A stretch of DNA of 64,000 nt from Balanoglossus misakiensis (lineage: Eukaryota; Animalia; Hemichordata): positions 1,703,854 to 1,767,853 of the forward strand of contig CM082596.2 in assembly GCA_040954595.2 (NCBI GenBank), written 5' to 3'. Numbering within the stretch: position 1 is the first letter of the stretch; the number at the start of each line of letters is the position of its first letter. The notes beneath the pieces are model-generated. The model was not told the DNA's origin. It worked only from the letters and a program-made list of their open reading frames with translations, and ran no database searches. Below, in pieces: positions 12,648 through 22,786 of this stretch. A program made the translations under genes and the position numbers.

Positions 12648-15600
12648 TCAATCCTTTGAGATATCCTGCATATTTATGAAAGATTGTGGAGAAAATGGCA
12701 TTCTGAAAATGATAAATTCTGCATCGAAGTCTGAACTTTGAAATAGTGGCTTGGGATGAGGGTACAAAACAAACATCTGTAAAATTGATGGCTTGCTGCA
12801 TTCTCTTGACAACCAGAGATGAGGATATAAATTATACACGAATGAGAAATTATCCTGCGATCATTTTTCACAACTACAGCAATGCAACTTGCTTTCAGCA
12901 CAGCTGAGCAATGTCTTATAAAAGCAAGCTAAGTTTCCTTATCTGATATCAAAAACAGTTTCAGAGAAGTAGATTATAACTGATGGTTTTTTTGCAACAT
13001 TTTTATTACATCAAAACATTGTTGATCTGCACATCACACACGTACAAAATTCATCAGAAACACATTTCAAATGTTTCTATCAATCTCATTGGATTTCAGA
13101 AACTGATCATTTTCAAATCCACTCTTTTCAGTCTCAACAACAAGATGTAAAATAGAAACAATATTTACTCGACGGCTTCCAATGAACAATAGGCCTAAGG
13201 TCTCTCTCTGACAGATGGGGTTCACTTTTTTCTGATCTGAGTAAAAGATCCTCATTTCCCAGTGAACAGAGGAAATGTACAATGTACCTGAGGGAAATAA
13301 ACTCTTCTTTATTCCCCCATTGTTATCAAATAAAGTGGTTTTCTTTTGCCTGTCAACTTTATTTGAGGGTGTTCATGAATATTTATGACCACACGAAGAC
13401 TCCCAGTGAGTATACACAGCGGTGGAATAAAAGTCACTCTACGTGCGTATCCATTTTCTCTGCTTTTAGTCCATTTGAAATTGATGGCTGCAGGTTGAGA
13501 CTTAATACATTCTTCATGTAGTGGCCATGAACCGTTTTTTTATTACCTTTCAATTTGTCAACTTGACCTAAATCGAGGAGTGAATGAATTTGATGGTAGA
13601 ATGCCTCTCTTTCTCAAGCGTTTCTAACACCCGTGCCGGCATCAATTTGCTAACTTTATCAGATTTCCAAGCTCCACGTAATCTAAGTCTGAACAAAACA
13701 AATTACTGATATGCCTCGAACGAGATGATAGTGTCAGAATCAATTTCCATTGTTGCTTATTCCCTTGTGGAATTGTTTGCTTATACAGATGTCTGCCTCT
13801 TTTGGGTAATTTTTCATATTCGCCTGTCATCTATTTCTAATAGAGTTTGAATAAAACATGAGCCCTGTATGGCAAACACTGGAACAGAAAGCCATTAAAA
13901 TGTCCCCATCAATTCCTCTCATTGTCATGCCAATAAAAACATTTTTCTTTCATCTCAAACATTCTGGTAACTCTAAACTGGGAGTAATAATTGTCGTATC
14001 CCTGGCCATGGCGTCAACCATGCAAGTCAGTGCAGAGGTGAATTCAAATTTCTTTACAAGTTGTTATCTACAAGTAAATGTAACAATCATCTGGAGTTCC
14101 CATTTTCCTGTTTTCAATTATGGTAATGGACCAGATCATGACAGCTCATGCAAAATGTTATCTTGCTTGACTGTGTCTTATTTTACGAGCATTTGCAATT
14201 CTGAAATTGGCCATGAAATCTTTCAAAACATCTCATTATTCTGTGGACGAGTTGATGGTGGGTGTATTCTAATTACACCATCATCTGGGTCAGCTTGTAA
14301 TAAAACGCAGAACACATTATGAACCCGATCAGTTCCTTTTCTCGGAATGGAAATAGGTTGTTTGTCAGGCATGTAGGTCACTGTGAACTGGAACATGTAG
14401 CATGCGCACTTTGTGGAAATGCTCTATTTCCAATACTAGTATTCCCATTATAGGCAAGCAAGCTTTCTGTGCAATTACCTTATATGGATGTATGACATCA
14501 CAGAGCCCCTTCCCACACAGAATGTGAGAAACCCCCAAATTCTCTCCAACAGTTTTCAATAAGCAATATGCAGCTAGTGAAATGAAATTGAAAAGGTCAA
14601 AGAAGTGGTACTGTACATTGATGATGTTTATTTCCCCCGTTGACCTTGATTCTAACTGGGCAGACAAACTGGTTACACAACAGAGTTAAACATTGAAACT
14701 TAATACCCAGCCCCAGGGGAAATAACTCTTTAAATAGTGATTATCACCAACCATTGGTATGTCTGACACCATATCACCCTCATCAATCTATCTACCAAAG
14801 GAGCAAAGCTATAAACTTATAATATTTCACCTTTTCAAATTAAAAACTGAGATTTCGCTCATAAATCAGGATAATCATGTCACAATTTAATTTAAGAACC
14901 GGAGATATTTTCATGGGAACCAATTCCTTCATGGAAAATTGGTGCATCATCTGGCTTGACTGATGAAGTGAGACACAATTTCAAACTTTCTATTCTAAAG
15001 CTTATTGGTATCTTTTGACATTAAAAATGTGAATTCATCATTCTATTTTCAGGAAAATACATCAAATTTCATCTCAAAACTAATTGTTTTTAATGATCAG
15101 ATCAAACTGTCTTTGCATTGATGTGTTTCGCCTTAAATAGTTTCAATATGACTTGATAGTTTCCCTCAGGGAAATGAAGTATATAAATTGAACTGTATTA
15201 TACATATTTAAACACAAAAAAGCCATCAAAATATCCAATATTGACATGATAAACTCGCATCAATCATTTATTGCAGCAAACATGATCGCCAGAGGTACAT
15301 TCTGCCATTATGAAGGATAAAGCAAGTTTGTATAATTTATCTGTGTTCACTTGGCTTGTATTTATGATAAGGCAGCCAATCTAATTAGAAATCTGCTCAC
15401 TACACTGTTTCATTCAGAATAAAATTAACCTTACCACTCTCATCAAGATCAATGCAACCAAGCAGCATCTATGGGCTCGGTCAAGTACTCAATGGATTAG
15501 GCTTTATCTGCAACCAATGTTGCTCACAATGCCATTAAGGTGGCATTGACCTCTAATTCCCAATGTAAATCCGTAATAATTTCCAATACGAATTACAATA

Positions 15601-16700
15601 TGAATCAAGACTGGAAGTGCCATGATCTACTTTTCCAGTGAATAAAGTGCACTTTCACTGAAATTTCACTTCCACCTTTTTCCACGAATTTTCTCTTCCA
15701 TTGGAAAATAAAATCATTAAACTTACATCACTTATTACTTACATCAATTATTCATGAAAACAATCTGCTTTCTATTTTCATCAACTTCACAGACTCACTG
15801 TATTACATTTAGTCACCGATAAATTAATTTGGCATGGATTAAAATGTTTAATGGATAACAAAAAAAGATTGACTCACAGTTCAATTTGACGCAGACTAAT
15901 GACTGGTTATAACTAACAGAATCAGAGAACAGGTCATTCACCCAAAGTTTCAATTTTCAATTGCAACAAATAGAATTCTTGAATATGGGCAAAAGAAAAA
16001 ATCTGGAGAAAAAACTGATGAATACATAAACCTGTGAAATGGACAAGATAAATTCCATTGTATTCACATTATTCCAGTGACTTCAGAAGTTTGAAACTTC
16101 TTTTAATCTATCTAGCACTCTCAAGAAGACTCTTTGGGATCCAAATCATCTCCTTAACTGTTTTGTCTGAAGTTTGCGACCGTACACAACCATAAAAGAG
16201 GATTAGAGTAGGTGCCCCCATGAGTTATTTACTTTCAAAAGAGCATGTAAATTAGAACAGTTTTCGGCAAGCAATAAGACTGTATTTAATCCCGACGTAA
16301 CCGTTCTTTGTGCAGTTGGTATGTGGCTGTGTAAAGGTCCCCACTTTAGAATACTTTGCATTTTTCTCCCTCTCAGAAGCCTGATATGAACTGATTTTAT
16401 TTCTCACATTGTCTGACACCTAGGATATCATTCTCAGGTTAATTCCAGTTTGAGTGTTAAGTTTCGATGTTCAAAATCAGACTCATCTACCTCCAATAGA
16501 GGAAAAGTGAGTTGTTTCTATGATGGAGTAATTCATTGAGAAGTTACTGACAGCTAAAATTTGACTAATTCATTTTCGCATTCCTTGAAGAAAATTACAA
16601 ATGTACCTATTGAACTCTGAATAAACTTATTAAGCTATAATAGTGCCTTGCATCATAAATAAACCTTATACCAGTTTTTCAAGTGAAGACTTTGTGGATC
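12648..16700 (-). pseudogene. Heavily decayed intronless coding relic, tentatively AlbA_2(Schlafen)-containing / SAMD9-like
   Basis: Manual minus-strand translation across stops and frameshifts gives F*EGEKCKVF*SG...IQSYCLPKTV...THGGT / LFYGCV...DKTVKE (~16375-16150) and SVKVHFIH...FVLEIITD (~15660-15567), resembling the AlbA_2 pattern E..EFK / GGT...GV.D / F..V...VIEI. Further along are YFPWGWVLSFN (~14720) and a terminal IIFRMPFSPQSFINMQDISKD* (ending 12648). About 8 stops occur in ~300 codons between 14760 and 13860 allowing one frameshift, against roughly 20 expected for this base composition. Boundaries are approximate. Confidence 0.45.
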
Positions 16701-18342
16701 TGATTAAAGTGACCTTTTCAGGTGACCTAAGAGTTGTTAGAAAATTCAATGGGAGAGACAATATGAATAATTTTTAGTCGTCATTGATGGAATAGTCGAA
16801 AGGCTTCAAGACGAAGCACACAAACATCATTTGAATGAAACATGACTGTATGACGCACAAAAAAGCAATTTCGACTTTCACTAAGGCAATTATTTTATGG
16901 CATATATGAACTTGAGATATGTTCAATGAGTGGGTTCTATATTTTGATGATACACTGGAAATTGATTTGAAACTTTAGTGTCATCTAAGATCTAATGTTC
17001 TTTTTGCCCTGAAGTTAAACAGTGGCCTCATTGCTTTCGTGAAGTAAATCATTTTCAGGATAAAAGGATCATACAAAATATTATTGGTTTATTTTGTCAT
17101 TCTGTCGCCTTGACGCCTATATACACACAGCACTGATAAATCATACAAATTCTATTTTCATAGAAACCAATGCGTTTGTGCAGACAGACTGCCTGGAGCC
17201 TTAATCGTTGCTCTGACAGTCGAATTATTTCCAGTGAAAGAAAAGTAGCAGATGTGGATACCGTCATCTGGAATATCAATGAACGGAGCAGTGACGAGTT
17301 TTATCAAAGCAAGATGGCGACCCAGCAAAGATAATTAACAGAATAATATTCTTTCAATGCTTGTGTTGTAAATGGTACTAGTACGTTTGATCTACTACAA
17401 TGTATAGTGCTGGTGATTGTAATCGACATGTTTTCAATGGGTGTCCATTTCCGCGATCGGACTGTCCCAAACGAAAAAAACTTCAAACTTTTGCAAATTT
17501 GACGGTCAATTAACAAAAGCACTCAACTATGATAGAGGGGTCATTTCTCTGTTATAATAACGGTGTTTCAGTTACTTTGTTGTCTTAATAGGAACAAATA
17601 AGTGACCTTTTCAACGTAACTCGTTCGAGGTCATTTACATGCTGAACGGGTAATGTACAAGGGCCATCATCGGCTTTGCACGATTGGTGTCTGTCGTCGA
17701 TCGTACGCATGTTTTTGTCCCTCAAGAAGGAGAACTAAAGCCTGAAGTGCAAGATCGAGGAAGTTGAAATTGTGTTTTGCCAAACACTTACAGTTATATT
17801 ATTGGTGATCGCCTTTGTAAAGGAAACTGTTTCAACGTTAAAACACCAGTGTGATCTGGAACACTATTCGGCAAATGTCAAAATCACACAGGTTTTAGTC
17901 AGATAAACACAATCGGTGAAATACTCACACATTGAAATTGTCTGAAGAACTCCTACAACGACCTGGGCACCGGGAACAGCAAAAACTTTTCTTGATCACC
18001 AGTATCGCACGCTCGTGTCCGCTGGCTGCGTCTTTGTTTTGATAGGAGCACGAGCCTCACGGAAACCTGGGACTGGCCCAAACCATTCTAGCCAAAGGTG
18101 ACATGAGGCCCTGTGTGTAGGGTTTCATTGACAATGCGCGTAATTTGTATCGAAGTAATCATGTTCAGATAATCAAATTGTCATAAAACAAACAAAAGAC
18201 ATTTCAACCTATCATTTTGAGGATAACAGTAACCACCAAAGTCAGGAATTGCGTCTATATTAAAACTTTCATGACGAAAAGTTTAGTATACCGAATGTGA
18301 TATTACTGGATACCACGTTCCACGCACTCACCAATAACTTAC

Positions 18343-18409
18343 AAAATACATTCATTAAAACACTCATTACAAGTTTTTGTTCATCGCTTTCATGATCAGA
18401 TACGGTCAT
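18343..18409 (-). CDS. MPND: Putative first coding exon of MPND (MTVSDHESDEQKLVMSVLMNVF)
   Basis: ATG at 18409 on -, followed by a GTAAGT donor after 67 nt (phase 1) that matches the phase-1 acceptor at 12133 (602 aa total). A second donor, GTGAGT, lies 11 nt further on. The peptide itself is not recognisable. Confidence 0.45.
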
Positions 18410-18500
18410 TTTTTTCTGAACGTTCCCTGCTAATATCCAGACCCCTTCCCCTTATTCTTGTGGTTAATTCCACTTCCGGGTATTTCACCAACATGGCGGC
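18410..18500. promoter_or_regulatory. Compact, probably bidirectional promoter between MPND and COPS8
   Basis: 83 nt separate the two divergent ATGs. The interval has an ETS/GABP-type CACTTCCGG at 18471-18479, and a YY1-type AACATGGCGG overlaps the COPS8 start. Confidence 0.55.
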
Positions 18501-20281
18501 GGTGGACTTCGCACAAATGATGGAGCAATGTGAAAGACAAGAGTTAGAGGTAATCGCATGCACTTGGGGCAACAACTGATACATTTTAGAAACATATCCG
18601 ATCTAGTCAAACCTTTTTATATCAGCTTTTAATCTGTCTGCACCGACGAACTTTCGGATACATCCCTGCATCTTCCGAGCTGATGGAGAGTACACTTGTC
18701 TGTTGTCAGTAACATGACATCGTGTTTTTGTTTTGGTTCTTAGTATACTGTATGCATGTTGTACCTCACAGTCCTTCCAACATTGACCAGTTGGATACAT
18801 GTGCATCTGTGCCATCCCCTGGCTGTGATAATTGTGGCCAATATTAGTTGCTTTGTTGACAAGCAACCCTATTATCACACTGTAGGATGCAGATACATCT
18901 TTGTTGATTGGTTGGTTGGTTGGTTGGTTAATGGTTGGTTGGTTGATTGATTGATTGATTGATTGATTGATCGATCGATCAGACAACATTTACATAACTC
19001 AGATAAAACACACACAAGTTAAGTGACCTTTAATAAGTGCTGCCATATAATTTGTTGTCATTTTATAACTATTTTCCTGTACAGAGCCCTGGAGGTATAG
19101 CAACACCTGTGGTATATGCACAGTTATTAAGTCTTTATCTTCTTCAAAATGATTTGTAAGTACCACTCTTCAGTATACATTTACACTTAAGGACCCATGT
19201 TCTGCTGTCCGGCATGTTAGTATTATTAACACACACATACCTCCACAGGGGAAACAAGGTGAAACTATTAATTGACTATTGTACATGACTCTAAATACTG
19301 CTTATTTTTGTTATTGCAGGGCAAATGCAAAATTCCTATGGAAGAGGATTCCCCAACCAATCAAAGTTGTAAGAGAATTTTAACTCATCATCATTCCTGT
19401 TTAGTATTCTCCACAGCAAGAAATAGTCTGTGTATAATTTTCCATTTAGAGCAAGTGTTCCAGTATGTTAAACTGTATTTCTCATTCTCCCCTCCAGAGT
19501 AACCCAGAACTGAATAGTATCTGGACGGTAGGACAGAAAATGTGGCAGAGAGAGTTTCCCCTCATTTATCAATCCCTGAATCAAGAATGGTCAGAGGGCA
19601 TTAAACCGATTATGCAAGCCTTGATTGGTTAGTACCAGTATATGTCCTTATCACCAGTTATACTTGATATTTTGCTACAATATGACACAGTCCAACTATT
19701 ACATATTAATGCTGAGGGTCTTCATATTGAAAATTGTATTTCAACAGAGGATGTACGGAGAAGAGCAGTTCAATTGGTTTCCAAAGCATATTCGTCGATA
19801 GGAACTGAAGATTTTGGTCTGTTTATAGGAATGCCAACTGATCAAGCAATTAGTGGTAAGTGCAGTCAATACAAATTGGATAAATCAGTATGTAGCCCCC
19901 AGATAAATCAGAACATTATGTGTACACACTATCCTCTTCCTTGTAATACTCATAAATTACAGGTGTACATTTTATTAATATCATTGTGCATAATTCTATT
20001 ATTTCTCCCAACAGCTGCAGCAGCAGAAGGTTGGCAAATAGACACACAGAATAAACTTATTGTACCTAAGAAACCAGGTAAGTTTGAACACCAGAAGTTC
20101 CTATTATCTGGAATCTTCAGTAGCTGTTTCATGTGATTAGCAAAAAAGATGGTCACTATGTGATCATGTCTTTTAACGTTTTCAACTGTGTTTTTCCACA
20201 GCGGAACCACAAGATCCACCCATACCAAGTGAACAGCAATTAGCACAACTTACAGAATTCGTGGCGTATCTAGAAAACTAG
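18493..20281 (+). CDS. COPS8: COP9 signalosome subunit 8 (185 aa, 7 coding exons)
   Basis: Exons: 18493-18549, 19085-19155, 19320-19368, 19498-19627, 19748-19855, 20015-20077 and 20202-20281 (TAG); 558 nt in total. Protein: [83 protein letters not shown]...RRRAVQLVSKAYSSI...EGWQID...PIPSEQQLAQLTEFVAYLEN*. It matches CSN8 along its whole length. Confidence 0.97.
18904..18980. repeat. Compound tetranucleotide microsatellite (TTGG)n(TTGA)n(TCGA)n in COPS8 intron 1
   Basis: Directly visible in the sequence. Confidence 0.9.
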
Positions 20282-20406
20282 TGGAAACCAGAGACAATAC
20301 CTGTATATAGCAAAATGTTAGCAGTGTCAGAAGTTCTATCCAATGCATTTCACCATTCAGTGTACATTGCTCATTAAGTGATGACCATTTGCAATGTTAT
20401 GCTTCG

Positions 20407-20412
20407 AATAAA
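20407..20412 (+). terminator. Candidate polyadenylation signal of COPS8
   Basis: AATAAA ~125 nt after the TAG, with T/GT-rich sequence downstream. Confidence 0.55.
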
Positions 20413-20724
20413 AAACAATTCTGGCAATATGAAGACAGTATGTGGCAATTTCATAAACAGATTTTAGTGTAACTGGTACCTTTTTGTTGATATCATGTTT
20501 TTGTTATTTAGAATATTTGAAGTAGAATTAAATGCTCTTGCTTTTTTGTCACAAAATGCTTGCTTCTTCAGTTTTCTCTTCCTTAAAAAGTAGCAGAGCG
20601 ATGAGCTTCTGTTAAACTTTGAATATCGCCCTCTTGTGGCAACTCAACATTTCTGTTTGATGTTGTATAAAGCTTTTCGGGCAGGAAAAGTTCGACAAAA
20701 GATCGAATTTTTCACCAGATTTGG

Positions 20725-20762
20725 TATTTGAATACCTCCACAATATTTGAATACCTCCACAA
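20725..20762. repeat. Perfect 19-bp tandem duplication TATTTGAATACCTCCACAA x2
   Basis: Directly visible in the sequence. Confidence 0.85.
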
Positions 20763-20959
20763 TTAATATTGGCACAAGTATACACGTGAGTGTTTGCATC
20801 CAAGAGATGCATCCTGGATTTGAGTGTTCGAAACAAATAGGAAATCGGACAGATTGGTCGCCTTGGGCGCTCTTCATATTCGTTCACAAAATATATCCGA
20901 CGTAAAATCTGAGGCAAATCAAGCTACATTCAGTGCAGGTGTGCCTGTGGTCACAATCA

Positions 20960-20982
20960 ATCATCATCATCATCATCATCAT
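20960..20982. repeat. (CAT)n microsatellite
   Basis: About 7 CAT units. Confidence 0.85.
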
Positions 20983-21365
20983 CGAACCGTTGTTGTTACA
21001 CAGACAGGGAGACAATTGGAAATAACTTTTGAATGAATCCGTATCTGTCGGTAAACTTGTCGACTCCATATTTTTTGTACCCTGCCAACAAACTTTTTCA
21101 CGGGTAAGTTAACACTTATCCGATAAAGTTCTTACCATGTACTTACCGTCTTGTTAATGTCCATCATTATAACTTTATTGCATACAAAAGAAACAACTTC
21201 TGTGTGTTTTCTCGACCACATGCACAGACTATGTAATTTTAGGAAGGTGAAGTATTTAACTCTGTCGGATGCTGTGATATCAGTGCCTAACAGATAAAAA
21301 GTAGTGAGACACGCACTGTCACCAGAAAAAGTTGTTCGCATTGCTTAAATTATGATATTCCCTGA

Positions 21366-21622
21366 GTGATGCTGATAACTTATATATGCGGGCATGTAAA
21401 TACTTCCGTAGGGTCAACTGCTGCATTGAAAACCCGCAAACGCTTGTTTTCCATCCCCAAATCATTTGATCCAAGATACCGCTGCTGTGTGTGGAGACTT
21501 GAAGACGCTTGGAGACCGATTCAAACGTGCTGGCATGAAGCCAACAAAAGACGAATGTAGCAAAGGCCCAAATGGGACATGAAATGTACAAACAGGGTCT
21601 ATATTGTACATTTCACAGATTA
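21366..21622 (+). mobile_element. Possible decayed THAP-domain remnant (DNA transposon derived)
   Basis: One frame reads ...ICGHVN...RKRLFSIPKSFDPRYRCCVW...WRP...*...W...RVYIVHFTD*, similar to the THAP pattern LF.FP...R..W...W....RVCS.HF. Key cysteines are lost and there is an internal stop. Confidence 0.3.
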
Positions 21623-22009
21623 AGAAGACATCCCCCTAGTTTCAAATAGTTTCAATTCAAGTGATTAGTAAAAATGATACATTTTAATACATTGTATATG
21701 CTGTAAAGGACACGCGTGTTGCGTCTTGCCTTCACGTGTAACATTATCTGGTAACTGTTTCCTAAATGTTTGGCAGTACCCATTGAAGTTGTCCTTTATT
21801 TCTACTGGGCCTATTTGTGACTTTTATGAAGGAGATTGTGTGGAAATGTGCTTTCTGTATCAAAGCTGTTTTAATTTTGCACTTTATTCTGCTCAGTATT
21901 GATTTTTCCATAAGTTTATGTTTGGGAAAAAATGACAGAAGCTTATATTGAAACGAACCAGTTGTCGCGTCGCTCACTCAATAACAGTTGTTTGAACATC
22001 ATCGATCAG

Positions 22010-22200
22010 GAATTCTGTGCTGTGCCAACTATACATTATCATTTAAAACGTGCTCTTAAAAAGCAAGTTTCCGTGCAAAGGAAGAAAGGGCAGGAAACAC
22101 TGACTGGGGCAACGACAATCTGGTCGAGTCTCAAAGGAAAATTCCTGTATGCCCACCAACGGGAGCATTTGAGCGTTGCGTGCAATTTGAAGGTTGGGCA
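22010..22200 (+). mobile_element. Second possible decayed THAP-domain remnant
   Basis: Across frameshifts it reads FCAVP / KFPCKGRKGRKH*L...GRV...PTNGS / CVQFEG, resembling THAP C.VP.C / KFP...R..W / PT..S..C..HF.G. Confidence 0.3.
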
Positions 22201-22399
22201 ATGGAATTTATTCATAGTTACTGGTACCGACTTTTCCTTGTTTGATAAAATACCTCAGTACAATCCCACTTCATCACGTACTACCTGTACAAATTACTTC
22301 AGTAAATGAGATTCTCCCGCACCCAGGGTATAATGGTAGCGTCCAATTTATCTCGGAGAAAATCTTCAATTTAGTCAGTCCAAAACGAGGCTGGCGATT

Positions 22400-22786
22400 T
22401 CCTAACGCGAAAAAAGCTTGATGCTCAATATATTAGGCGTAGCCAGCTTTTGAGATCCCTGTATATATATACTACCTAGATCGGGACAGAATTTTCGCAT
22501 AGGATAGTAGCATAGTCCGAAACGCGACCATTGCGAGACATATACTGCAGACTTTTAAGAGCAGACGACGGAATTTTCTATCGGTGTGACTGAGAGAATC
22601 GACTGATCGTCGGGCGCCTGATTGTTGCTCCCGTCAAAACAAATTCACGTGTAGGCTGTCCGAAGTCGTCGAACAGTTAAACTTCAACAGAATCTCCTGA
22701 GAAAACCAGCGATTGGGGACAGTTTCAAACAGAAGCCAAGAGAGCAGGCGACACACCCACGTGCAAGAAGCCCACAATTAGTAAGT
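22400..22786 (+). promoter_or_regulatory. CpG-rich putative promoter and non-coding first exon of the MYRIP-like gene
   Basis: CpG is locally enriched in otherwise CpG-poor DNA, ending in a consensus GTAAGT donor at 22781-22786. No coding exons were recognised between here and the acceptor-like CAG|G at 43508. The link to the MYRIP-like gene is inferred. Confidence 0.4.

Noticed and set aside
13858-14322. 154-aa plus-strand ORF
   Set aside because: It has no recognisable motif or splice context and is better explained as the antisense shadow of the minus-strand coding relic.
17311-17334. AAGATGGCG start-like motif suggesting another gene
   Set aside because: It reads MATQQR then stop, with no donor site; at most a YY1-type element.
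20824-21036. ORF with a poly-His tract
   Set aside because: The tract is just a (CAT)n microsatellite in intergenic DNA.
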